Under the pieces are notes generated by a model. That model was not told the DNA's origin and did no database searches. It worked only from the letters and a program-made list of their open reading frames with translations. A stretch of 63,588 bases of DNA, filler included, from Octopus bimaculoides (lineage: Eukaryota), in NCBI RefSeq assembly GCF_001194135.2. It is 11 parts of 10 records of this genome, joined end to end, with 100 filler letters (N's around TTAATTAATTAA, not from the genome) between each part and the next. Parts side by side here need not be neighbours in the genome. Positions count along the whole stretch, not along the records: positions 49,276 to 60,200 come from NC_069000.1; positions 60,301 to 62,332 come from NC_068999.1; positions 62,433 to 63,588 come from NC_068995.1; 8 more parts are not named here. One strand, written 5' to 3'. Below, piece by piece: positions 51,299 through 63,588 of this stretch (position 1 is the stretch's first letter; each line of letters starts with the position of its first letter). A program made the translations under genes and the position numbers.

Positions 51299-53105
51299 CA
51301 GAGCTGCTTTCTATATGCTTCATTGCTTCAATGCTTTATATGTCTACTCTATCATTGATGAGGGTTGTTGATNNNNNNNNNNNNNNNNNNNNNNNNNNNN
51401 NNNNNNNNNNNNNNNNNNNNNNNNNNNNNNNNNNNNNNNNNNNNNNNNNNNNNNNNNNNNGTGGTGGTGGTGGTGGTGGTGGTGGTAGTGGTTTCTTTCT
51501 TTTCCCCCCCCCTCTTCTGAATCGGCTCTTCGTCCTCCGCTACTTCCTCCTCCGCATCCTCCTCCTCCTCCTTCTCCTACTCCTCCTCCTTTGGTCATCT
51601 TTTTGTTCTTTGATTTCTTTATTTCCATCTTCTTCCATGTTTAGTATTTGTAATTTGCAATCTGCTTCCAATACATACATGCATATATATATATATTTAT
51701 AAATATATATATACAAATATATATATATACACATATATACTGTAAATGTGTGTGTATGTGTGTGTGTATGTGTGTGTGTGTGTGCGTGTGTGTGTGTGTG
51801 TGTGTCCGTCCAAGAACACAAGAGACGAAGAATCTAGCGTTTCGACCATTTTGCTCTTTAACAGAGAAAGAGAAACACAATGAAATAGATGCTAGATTTG
51901 CACTCCAACCAAAAATGGCCTCCAGCAAAGGCTTTCTCTTCAACCATTTTGTCTTGAAATATTTTTGCACATAAATGACAATTGACAATGTAAGTGCTAA
52001 TATTATGAAACCAAATACCATTAGATCCTATCACGGGTCTCGAATCATGTATATATTATGTCAGACAATTGTGTTACTCATTATTCTGTAAAATACTCTC
52101 ATTTCAAATTACTATGAACTAAATACTTTAAATTGTTTAGTATCAGGAACTAAGAACGACAAAACGAAATAGGAGTTGAATGTACTTAATTTTACACTGT
52201 AAAGAAGACGCGGATAAGAGATTAACGTTTCGGACAATGGTCATACACCAAGAGACTGAGATAGTTTTAAAATGGTTCTTTTTTTCGGTTTTAAATTGTT
52301 TCTTTTGGAGCACCAATGCCAGACGGTGCCGCAGATGCTACTTCCGGAGGCATAACTACAGATTCCTGCCCCCACCCCAACGAATTTGGATGATCATAAC
52401 TTTCAGAAAAATGTGTTTTAGGAGGGGTCAGATGGGGAATTTTGGACAATTCACCAGCTTCTTAACTTTCAAGAAAATAGATGTTTTAATGAAATTTTCT
52501 ACAATAATTCCTCGGACTATTTAGATTCCGAGAACATAGGAATTTTGGGGAAAAGCAGTTGGTGGCGGTGGTGGTGGTTGTAGAGAGTGTAGCTAAGAGA
52601 ATGCTAGTTCCATTTACACCGGTGATGGTGGAGGTGGAGGAGGTGATTGCTGACTGTGGAGGTGGTGAAGGTGAAGGAAAGAATGACATTGATGAATGAT
52701 GGTGATGGATCTTTTATACGGAAAAAGGTTAACAGTGACTTCGAAGTTTCACCTTCCGTCAGCATACAGAAATAGCATATATATATACATATACATATAC
52801 ATACATACATATATATANNNNNNNNNNNNNNNNNNNNNNNNNNNNNNNNNNNNNNNNNNNNNNNNNNNNNNNCATACATACATACATACATACATACATA
52901 CATACATACTTCATTAATAAAGCTGCAAGAACATCACAAAAACAGTCACTGAAGCTTTATTAATAAGACATATTACTCTACCTCCGGTATTCGAGTACTA
53001 TTTTTCCACCTTGTTTCACATTTATGTGCTTACTCTGCTATATATACATACACACACACACACATACACACATATATATATACATGTATTACGTATATAC
53101 ATATG

Positions 53106-53163
<58 letters not shown>

Positions 53164-53954
53164 CATATATACACATATATGCATACATACACTCGCATAT
53201 GTACATACATACGTACATAGGTACACACACACATACGTACATACATAAACGTTCGATCATCGATCGATATACTTCATTTATGATCGTGTTTATCGAAAGC
53301 TAAGAACAGGCAGGAAGTAGAAGAAAAAGGAAAAGAAATCCATATTAATGTTTATAAATACGAACAGTTGTACATATTTTTCTTTGCTTACAGTAACGTC
53401 CCTTATATATTCAATTACAACAACCCGTACACTTTCCGTTAAAGCATGTACATGTATATTTACTATCTATGATTAATGAACGACATATATCCAGATTGAG
53501 TCACTTCAAAGTCTTCTCCTTCCATACGTCTATGTAATGTTTGGAATTTACTAACAGATAAAAAGAATTGATGAATTATTAACAGAAAATCTCTAAGCAT
53601 TTCATAGAATATCTGAAATAAGAAAAACGATTAAGCTAAACGAAATCGCGTTGTTGTTATTATCTTTATCTTCATTTGGTATTCTCTTTGATTCTCTATG
53701 TATGTATGCTATGTATACATAGACATACATACACATATGTATGAATCAATGTATGTATGTATGTATGTATGTATGTATGTATACACTCACATATATACAC
53801 ATTATATGTACTATGTGTGCATAAGTATATATTTATATATGTACGTAAATAGTTATGTACGTATCCATGTATGTGTGCATATATATATATATAAATATAT
53901 ACATAGGTATATATATACATATATATATATATATATGTGTGTATATATGCGTGT

Positions 53955-54005
<51 letters not shown>

Positions 54006-54674
54006 NNNNNNNNNNNNNNNNNNNNNNNNNNNNNNNNNNNNNNNNNNNNNNNNNNNNNNNNNNNNNNNNNNNNNNNNNNNNNNNNNNNNNNNNNNNNNNN
54101 NNNNNNNNNNNNNNNNNNNNNNNNNNNNNNNNNNNNNNNNNNNNNNNNNNNNNNNNNNNNNNNNNNNNNNNNNNNNNNNNNNNNNNNNNNNNNNNNNNNN
54201 NNNNNNNNNNNNNNNNNNNNNNNNNNNNNNNNNNNNNNNNNNNNNNNNNNNNNNNNNNNNNNNNNNNNNNNNNNNNNNNNNNNNNNNNNNNNNNNNNNNN
54301 NNNNNNNNNNNNNNNNNNNNNNNNNNNNNNNNNNNNNNNNNNNNNNNNNNNNNNNNNNNNNNNNNNNNNNNNNNNNNNNNNNNNNNNNNNNNNNNNNNNN
54401 NNNNNNNNNNNNNNNNNNNNNNNNNNNNNNNNNNNNNNNNNNNNNNNNNNNNNNNNNNNNNNNNNNNNNNNNNNNNNNNNNNNNNNNNNNNNNNNNNNNN
54501 NNNNNNNNNNNNNNNNNNNNNNNNNNNNNNNNNNNNNNNNNNNNNNNNNNNNNNNNNNNNNNNNNNNNNNNNNNNNNNNNNNNNNNNNNNNNNNNNNNNN
54601 NNNNNNNNNNNNNNNNNNNNNNNNNNNNNNNNNNNNNNNNNNNNNNNNNNNNNNNNNNNNNNNNNNNNTATATA

Positions 54675-54707
<33 letters not shown>

Positions 54708-55160
54708 GGTAGTATCTCACATTTAATTCAGTGAATCTCAAAAGCTCTAAAAGTTGACACTTTACAATAATCTCAAAGACTCCCATAGGGACATTTAAAG
54801 TTGAAAAACGGCAAGTAAATTCCAATGATATAATAACTATATCTAATAGTGCTGCTCCGTTTATTCTATGTCTAAATCTACCCAGCTGGAAATAAGCATG
54901 ATTCACTGATGATATGCAACAAGCTAGAAACATATCTACACTCATACATTGTTTTTAAAAACAAGATACAGTTTCAGTGCATTTCTATAATGCTTTGCAA
55001 TTCATAAATTCGGTCAGCTGAGGTAAATATATCTAACGAAATCTAACAAGGTAGAAACATATCTGCTTGTCTAATGGGCTTTAAAGACAAGTTCTAATTC
55101 TAACTTCATTATCTTTATTGTTCAAAATGTCTGGATTATGTAATAATTCTTTTTATTCAG

Positions 55161-55251
55161 TTTATTTGAAGATTTCTTGCCAATAGAGAAACAACCGTTT
55201 TCTGACATTGATCCAAGACTCCTTCATTGGAATCTCATCATCAACAACAGG
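55161..55251 (+). CDS. Candidate internal coding exon, unknown protein
   Basis: TTCTTTTTATTCAG| ... AACAGG|GTATGT; 91 nt, open in only one frame: LFEDFLPIEKQPFSDIDPRLLHWNLIINNR (phase 2 in, phase 0 out). Confidence 0.4.
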
Positions 55252-55696
55252 GTATGTGTGTATGTATGTATATATGTATGTATGTACTTATGTATGTATT
55301 TGTGTGTGTATGTATGTATGTTTGTATGTATGTATGTATGTGCAGATTTGTATGTTTTATGTATGTATGTATTCTCATGCATATATATATATCTAAATGA
55401 TAAACTTCTGGAAAGTTTACAGATTCTTACAGTTCCACCGATGTATTGGATCTGTATGTATGCATGGACACACACATATGCATGTACACCTATTCTGACC
55501 TATTCCGACGTATCGAAGACTTGTATTACCGGCTACATTAAGCCGACAGGTTGGAGAGGAATTTTTTTTTTTTTTAAACCAAGGCGGAATTTTCTTCAGA
55601 ACGCATCGAACCTGCACCAATATTCATTTTATAAGTGTATATACATATGTGCATAGTGTGATTATTATATATACCCGCATATATAAATGAACATTC

Positions 55697-55788
<92 letters not shown>
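55697..55788. repeat. (AGAT)n tetranucleotide microsatellite
   Basis: Uninterrupted run of about 22-23 units. Confidence 0.95.
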
Positions 55789-55880
55789 GTACGTGTGTAT
55801 CTAATATATATATATATTATATAGTATATCATATATTATATATATATATATTATATATTATATATTATATATATATTATA

Positions 55881-55911
<31 letters not shown>

Positions 55912-56387
55912 TTCAATGAACAGAAACATGAATAGATCTGCACACATTCATAATGTATGGGCATTAATCATATACATGTTTGTGTGTATGTTTATGTTTA
56001 TGTATACATTAAAATAGGCTCGCATGAATAAAGCATTATTAATGGAAAGAGTGATTGAGAAATAGAAGCGATAACCTCCATATTTATTATAGCTCTACAA
56101 GAAATACTCAGAAACACAGCAAGGAACGCAAAGCATAAAAGCATAACTAGGATATTTGCTGTTCAGAAAATGAATAATCAAGCCAAATTGTGTGGGTTAA
56201 GTAGATTAATGGCTTGTGTTTGGGAGGAAATGAATAGTTAAGTCGCAGCTGCTTCAATTCTTCAACATGTACGAGGGTATTGTTGAAATTTAATGCATGT
56301 AATACTGGAAACGTGGTGAATTATGAACTGAGCATGTGAAGTGAGCATGTATCTATGTTATATGTATCTATGTTATATATATGTGTG

Positions 56388-56418
<31 letters not shown>

Positions 56419-56597
56419 TTATATATATATGGATATATATATATATANNNNNNNNNNNNNNNNNNNNNNNNNNNNNNNNNNNNNNNNNNNNNNNNNNNNN
56501 NNNNNNNNNNNNNNNNNNNNNNNNNNNNNNNNNNNNNNNNNNNNNNNNNNNNNNNNNNNNNNNNNNNNNNNNNNNNNNNNNNNNNNNNNNNNNNNTG

Positions 56598-56628
<31 letters not shown>

Positions 56629-56782
56629 TTATATATATATGGATATATATATATATACACATACATATATACATATATATAAGTTTACATATATATATGT
56701 GTATGTATATAAATACACATACATATATATATTCATATATATATACATACATACATATATACACATATATACATATACAAAT

Positions 56783-56815
<33 letters not shown>

Positions 56816-56872
56816 CACCCATATATATATGTGTGTGGGGGTTTCTATGTATGTTTCCCTCTCCATATATAA

Positions 56873-56918
<46 letters not shown>

Positions 56919-56996
56919 ATACAAACACACCCACACACTCACATATATACACAAAAGTATTTATAGATATAGATACATATCTATCTACCTGTATAA

Positions 56997-57027
<31 letters not shown>

Positions 57028-57654
57028 ATATATGTACATAGCTTCGTATATATGTATATATGCATGCATACATGCATATATGTATGTATCTATGAATGTA
57101 TGCATGTACATATGTATGTGTGTTCGTATCCACGGTAACCTCTCCATTCAACAACGCAGCTGTGTTAGAGGTCCTTCCTCTTTTCGTCGTCTGATTATGA
57201 ATACAACTCGATATAACCGGAAGCGCCGCTATATTATCCGCCATGTATTTGCGCGTTACCAGCAAAGTTTCATATTCGATCGAACTCAGTTAATTTGCAC
57301 CGATTGAGGTAACCTCTCTGTTGCGGTGGGGGATTCTTTGGGAGTAAACTGGAAGGGTACTATAACATGTGACAAGGAAAGACTGATAGATATTTAATTG
57401 TAGACTTTCATAAATATGTAACATATGTACGTAACTATTGGTTTTGTTTTGATACTGAATTTTTAAAACATCCTTGAGGCATGGTTTCTAATCTGAATAA
57501 CAGCAGTGATCTATGGGGTTAATGTATTTTCCACAGCTCTTCTCTGTCGTCGTTCGACCAAATAGAAATATCGGCTGCATGCTTATCAAATCATGTCTTG
57601 TCTTTTGAATTATGAAAAGATATATCACGTATTAGAGTAATGACCCTCTTCGGT

Positions 57655-57970
57655 CATAACTGACAATGCAATTGCACCGATAATATTCCCCTCTGAGGAA
57701 CAAGGCAGAGCAAGGTTGTTTATGGAAGAGTAGCAGTCGCCCATGCATACCAGCCCACCCCCGTCACCATGCAACCAATGTTATCCAAAGGAAAGGCAAA
57801 GGGACCGGTATACAGCTTGATCTAGTGACGTCGCAACTCATTTCTACAGCTGGAACAAAGTGAAATAGAGTGTCTTGCTCAAGAACTCAACACACAGCCC
57901 AGTCCAAGAATTGAACTCGCTACCTCATGATTGTAAGCCAGACGCTCTAACCCCTGAGCCATGCGCCTTC
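57655..57970 (-). mobile_element. SINE family C, near full length
   Basis: Homologous to 5848-6058. The tRNA-like head appears on the reverse strand (GAATTGAACTC..CTCTAACCCCTGAGCCATGCGCCTTC). Confidence 0.75.
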
Positions 57971-60300
57971 ACGTATTACTTATCCTCGTATTTCCATACG
58001 TTTATTAGTATGGTCCGTACTCTGCTTGAAATCTAAATCAAATATTTCACTCTTACCTTATTTTATGAAGGTATATCGCTTAGTCCTTAAAGTGTTGGAT
58101 TCATGATCATAAGATTGTGGTTTCGATTCCTGGACCGGGCGACACGTTGTGTTCTTGAGCAAAACATTTCATTTTTAATTTTTAGAAATTATCTCCCCTT
58201 TTTCTTGATAGTCGCTAACATCTACCTCTAGATTTTATTTCCTTTGTGCGACTCGTTATTCGTTTACTGATCCAGTCTACTCAGCTGGCGAACATGAGTA
58301 GCCTGCAATGGACTGGCGTCCCATCCAGGTGGGGAATGCACACGCCATGGAAACCGGGCCCTTATGAGTCTGTATGACTCGGCGAGGAGCTTTGCTTTGC
58401 TTTACCAAATTCTATTAAGACCCAGAAGGATTAAAGTAAAGTCGTATCGGTCGGAATTCGAACACGGAAACTTGAAAGAGACGTTACTAAAATAACACCA
58501 AGTTTCTATTTTTACCGAAACTATAGCCACACTATTACTCACAGCAACCTTCTGCACACATACATACTCAAACCAACGCCCCCCCCCCCACACACACACA
58601 CACCACAGACTTTAAGATATTAACCAATCATCTGTTTTCCTTTGGTCATTTTTTTGACATTTCCAAGAAAGGCGAAAAGGGTAAAAAAAAAGAAGCCAAA
58701 ATTTGTTTTTTATCAGATTTTATTTTATATTTTATTTATATTATTTTTTCTCCCTTTTGTTGATACAACTAATAGTACTATTGTTGTTGTAGCTTTTTCT
58801 TGCTTTCTTTTCTGTTTTTGTTTTTGTTTTTTCTTTATATTTCTCATCCCATGGACGGCAAATTCCAACTCATCTGTTATCTGTGTGAAAGATAAAATAA
58901 TAAATAAATAACAAATAAAAAAATAAACACACATACATACACTTCGCACACGCGCACACATACATATATATATATACCTAAATGAGAATAAAGAGAAGGA
59001 AAATAGAAGGGAACGGGGGTGAAGGAAGCGGTCAATAATTTAAGAATCTTCTCTAATCATTTGCTATAAATGAAAAATGAGATCACTAGAGGAAAACGAA
59101 AAAGAAGACGGGGAAAAAACGGGATAACAATAAGAGATAGAGAGAGAATATGAAGACAGAGAGAGACAGACGGACAGGCATAGAGGCAGACATGTTAAGG
59201 GAGAGACGGACACACGAATAGACAGAGAGACAGACAGACAGACAGTCGGACAGATCTAGTAGAAAGAACGGTTCAAACAATTGAGTTATATTTCAAACAA
59301 GGCAAAGAAAGCGGTTGATTTATCGCAACTCCATTTTGTTTTTATATTATTTTTTTTTCTTTTACTTTTTGTCTTCCTTTTTATCTTTTTTTTTTTCTGT
59401 TTTTTCAAATGCAACTTTCCAAATGTCAGGGAAGAACGAATAATATGTGTTTGAAATAAAAGAGCACTGTACAAGAAGAATTTACGATGTTATAACTGCT
59501 GCTACTGCTGTTGTTGTTGTTGAAGTTGTGTTGATGATGATGATGATGATGATGATAAAATGGCTGTTTGCTTCCCCCCCCCATGTTAGTCCTAATCAAT
59601 TAGACCTATGATCAATGATTCAGGTATAAATATAACTAGGACTACATTATTCAATGTATAGAGCATCGTGACCATGTCTTTTATTCAGACCAAGTGCATC
59701 TAGGACTACATCGTCGAATGTATAACACAGTAGTATCAGGGGTTGTTACATTTGTTGTTGTTTTAATCTCAGGTTAACCTTCGTCAAGTAGACACGTGAT
59801 CAATGATTTTTCCACCTCTGCGACCATTCAGCTAGAAGTACATTATCTAATGTCTAACATAGCGCTAAGAATTAGCGGCTACAATTGTTGTAGTTGTTGT
59901 TGTTGTTGTTGTTGTTCTTCTTCTTCTTCTTCTTCTTCTTCTTTTTCTTCTTCTTCTTCTACTACTACTTCTTTTTCTTCTTCTTCTTCTTCTTATTATT
60001 CTTCTTCTTCTTCTTCTTGCTATTATTTAGCCCTCGGTCAGTCTTCATCAAGTAGACCTATGACCAATGATGTTCGAGCAGCGACCGTTCCATCTTTTAG
60101 TCAGTCAAAGTGTATCTAGGACTGCATTTTCAAACACACGGATACACACGCACATATATATATATATATATACGTGTGTGTGTGTGTGTGTGTGTGTGTG
60201 NNNNNNNNNNNNNNNNNNNNNNNNNNNNNNNNNNNNNNNNNNNNTTAATTAATTAANNNNNNNNNNNNNNNNNNNNNNNNNNNNNNNNNNNNNNNNNNNN

Positions 60301-60360
<60 letters not shown>

Positions 60361-60755
60361 GATAGATGATATATTTATGTGTGCGCTGGCTATGTACGTT
60401 AATTCGAATCACTAATATTTCTGTAGTATGTGGGTGAGTTATTGCTGTACGTCGAGTATATTAATGGAGTTTTGATATATCGCCATGCAACACTTGCTCA
60501 ACTCAATTATATTGAACAAAATCCTAGCTTTATTATATATTGCTTGCTTTACTTTACTTAATAATCACTGGACATAATCGCACCGTAATCATAATCTTTC
60601 CACACTTTGCAACGCGAACGCACGGACATATATAGATATACGTAAGTACATGCATACATGAATACATAAATGAAATACATACAAAAATATATATGTGTGC
60701 ATGTGTACGTATGAGTGCGTACACATATTCATATTCATAAGCTGATATCTATACT

Positions 60756-60789
<34 letters not shown>

Positions 60790-60792
<3 letters not shown>

Positions 60793-60938
60793 AAGTAGCC
60801 TGCTTACCAACCACATGGTTCCGGGTTCATTCCCACTGCGTGGCACCTTGGACAAGTGTCTTCTATTATTGCCTCATGCCGACCAAAGCCTTGTGAGTGG
60901 ATTTGGTAGACGGAAACTGAAAGAAGTCCATCGTATAT
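60790..60938 (+). mobile_element. SINE family A 5' half
   Basis: CAACCACATGGTTCCGGGTTCATTCCCACTGCGTGGCACCTTGG..GCCGACCAAAGCCTTGTGAGTGGATTTGGTAGACGGAAACTGAAAGAAG. Confidence 0.8.
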
Positions 60939-61371
60939 NNNNNNNNNNNNNNNNNNNNNNNNNNNNNNNNNNNNNNNNNNNNNNNNNNNNNNNNNNNNNN
61001 NNNNNNNNNNNNNNNNNNNNNNNNNNNNNNNNNNNNNNNNNNNNNNNNNNNNNNNNNNNNNNNNNNNNNNNNNNNNNNNNNNNNNNNNNNNNNNNNNNNN
61101 NNNNNNNNNNNNNNNNNNNNNNNNNNNNNNNNNNNNNNNNNNNNNNNNNNNNNNNNNNNNNNNNNNNNNNNNNNNNNNNNNNNNNNNNNNNNNNNNNNNN
61201 NNNNNNNNNNNNNNNNNNNNNNNNNNNNNNNNNNNNNNNNNNNNNNNNNNNNNNNNNNNNNNNNNNNNNNNNNNNNNNNNNNNNNNNNNNNNNNNNNNNN
61301 NNNNNNNNNNNNNNNNNNNNNNNNNNNNNNNNNNNNNNNNNNNNNNNNNNNNNNNNNNNNNNNNTATATAT

Positions 61372-61520
61372 ATACCAAACTGGTACTTTGTTTTATCGAT
61401 CCTGAAAGTGTGAAAAGCAAAGTCAACTTCAGCGGCATTTGAATTCAGAAAGTAAAGTCGGAAGAAAGGCCCCTGAGCATTCATTCCGGTACGGTAACGA
61501 TCCTGCCAGCTCGGCGCCCA
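61372..61520 (-). mobile_element. SINE family B, diverged
   Basis: Reverse complement of GGCG..GAGCTGGCAGGATCGTTA..GTTGACTTTGCTTTTCA..TCGATAAAA..AGTACCAG. Confidence 0.7.
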
Positions 61521-62165
61521 GCAGTAGTTGTTGGATGAACTGTCGTAGCAAAGAAGCCAAATAAGGGAATATAGGATAACAACAGCAGCAACATATATGA
61601 ATCTAGTGGAAAACTGGGAAGACAAGGATTTCGGAAAAAAATGTAGAGAAATGTCGTGGTATATAGCCAATATTTCCGACGCGCTCCCGGCAAAGTTATT
61701 TGTAGAGTAGAAACGTTACCAGTACGGTGCCGTATGTTGGCTTATTAAAAGCCAAGAAGGATTAAAAGTACCCAGAGATATATATCTTTAAAGTGGCCCT
61801 TTCTGATCGTAAGGCGTCTGATATATAAATAAGGTGAAGATTGTACCGAAAGCAGAGGAAATTAGGAGACAGTTGGCATTCGTGCGATACACATCGTCAT
61901 AGAGATTGGACCAATGGACTCCCATCCTGTATATGAAGCGATGATAATTTGGTGTCGAGGTCATGGAATCGGCGATGGCGTAGACAAGTAATTGATCGTG
62001 ACGTTCGTAAAGAAGTATGGGAAGGTCGTCAGAGCACAAGCGAACCAAAAACAGAAAACTGCTTCTAATGAAGATCGTCTATATATGCAGGAGTCGGTCC
62101 CTTCTGATCAATGAATAAAGGGTCTTTGGAAAGTAGTAAGAACAGCAGCAGCAGCAGCAGCGATT

Positions 62166-62228
<63 letters not shown>

Positions 62229-62432
62229 ATTGTTGTTGTTTCTGCTTTTCTAATATGATAGCTAATTGAAAATGTTTGTATGACACTATCGTTAGCATAA
62301 ATATTGAATTACATGTCATGTGTTGTGTATATNNNNNNNNNNNNNNNNNNNNNNNNNNNNNNNNNNNNNNNNNNNNTTAATTAATTAANNNNNNNNNNNN
62401 NNNNNNNNNNNNNNNNNNNNNNNNNNNNNNNN

Positions 62433-62469
<37 letters not shown>

Positions 62470-63362
62470 TGTGCCAGTACCACATAAAAAGCACTTGTAA
62501 CAGTGTCATGTAAAAGTGCTCATGCCAGTGGCACATTAAAAGCACCCAACACACATTGTAAAGTGGTTGGCATTAGGAAGGGTACCCAACTATAGAAACT
62601 TCCTAGTTTGCCATCTCTGGTCAAACTGTCCAACCCATGCTTGCATGGAAAACAGATGTAAAATGACGATGATGACAATGATATATATATATATATGTTT
62701 GCATGGTTATTTAGATCCAGACATGGATGTGTGGTTAAGAAGTGTGCTTCCCAACTACATAGTTTTGGGTTCAGTCCCACTGTGTGGCACCTTGGTCAAG
62801 TGTCTTCTACTATAGCCCTGGGCTGACCAATACCTTGTGAATGAATTTGGTCTCTGAAAACTGTGTGAAAGCCTGTCTTGTGTACATGCTCATGCATGCA
62901 CACATACATGCACACACAGAGAGTGGACCAAAAGTTATGCACCAAAAGATTTGACATTTTACTTATGTTATTATTTGTTTAGCTCATCATGTACATGTGT
63001 ATTCACCATTTATGGACAACAGACGTTAAATAATGATAATGTCAATTTTAGAAGAATTGAAGAATGTCTGTGACAATTCTGGAGCATATTGAACTTATTT
63101 TGTGCATGACTTTTGGCCCACCCTGTGTGTGTGTGTGTGTATACATATATATTTTCATCATGTTGACCCATTAATCCCTACACATTTTTTTTTCTCTCTC
63201 TGTTTTTTCTTTCCCTTTCCATTTTTTTCCTCTCAACCCTTTCTGTCGAAGAGCATAGGCTCGAAACATCAGAGACTTTTTCATTCTTCCCAATTGTCAA
63301 ATTAATATACCTGTTTGTTGTTCTCTCACATGTCTTCATCTTTTGTTTTTTGTATATATATA

Positions 63363-63588
63363 TCATCATCATCATCGTTTAACGTCCGCTTTCCATGCTA
63401 GCATGGGTTGGACGATTTGACTGAGGACTGGTGAAACCGGATGGCAACACCAGGCTCCAGTCTGATTTGGCAGAGTTTCTACAGCTGGATGCCCTTCCTC
63501 ACGCCAACCACTCAGAGAGTGTAGTGGGTGCTTTTACGTGTCACCCGCACGAAAACGGCCACGCTCGAAATGGTGTCTTTTATGTGCC
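63363..63588 (-). mobile_element. Young RTE LINE 3' end
   Basis: Nearly identical to 38153-38466 and 10485-10790; runs off the window end. Confidence 0.9.

Noticed and set aside
54730-54945. Minus-strand reading FLACCISSVNHAYFQLGRFRHRINGAAL, resembling an RT or an exon
   Set aside because: Similarity is too weak and no diagnostic motif is present; cannot be assigned without a search.
61788-62048. Minus ORF with superficial CUB-domain-like pattern (LCSDDLP..QLLVY)
   Set aside because: No convincing splice sites, and the plus strand reads like a decayed LINE C-terminus (EEIRRQLAFV..DQWT, RRWRRQV..DVRK..W).
649-63375. Numerous long ORF-track entries rich in X, or in HT/CV/YI/RE/LS/poly-L/poly-H runs
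   Set aside because: They are translations of N gaps and (CA)n, (TA)n, (GA)n and trinucleotide microsatellites, not genes.
1-63588. CRISPR arrays, operons, rRNA or genuine tRNA genes
   Set aside because: None seen. The tRNA-like A/B boxes belong to SINE heads, and the sequence is eukaryotic.

Overview
Eukaryotic, AT-rich, repeat-dense genomic DNA, most consistent with an octopus (Octopus-type tRNA-SINEs, RTE LINE 3' ends with (GAT)n tails, abundant microsatellites); the species is an inference. The window is not contiguous: ten artificial 100-bp spacers (44 N + TTAATTAATTAA + 44 N) join about 11 pieces, so adjacency across them is unproven. The only confidently identifiable host gene is a two-exon TP53RK/PRPK/Bud32 KEOPS kinase (join 32660..32858,36135..36625, + strand, 229 aa). 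Most of the rest is transposon debris: mariner and maT-type DNA transposons and MITEs, Ty3/Gypsy remnants including a solo LTR with TSD, two RTE LINE families, an RLE (R2/R4-type) LINE, a Penelope-like GIY-YIG fragment and at least three SINE families, several nested with TSDs. Items worth follow-up are long fold-back structures around TP53RK (candidate dsRNA/ADAR substrates), a near-perfect 64-bp-arm palindrome, a TIR-bounded telomere-like repeat cassette, a local duplication of an exon-like unit, near-identical direct repeats bracketing TP53RK, orphan candidate exons and two promoter-like motif clusters. I found no convincing novel multi-gene system; most ORF-track entries are microsatellite or N-gap artefacts.
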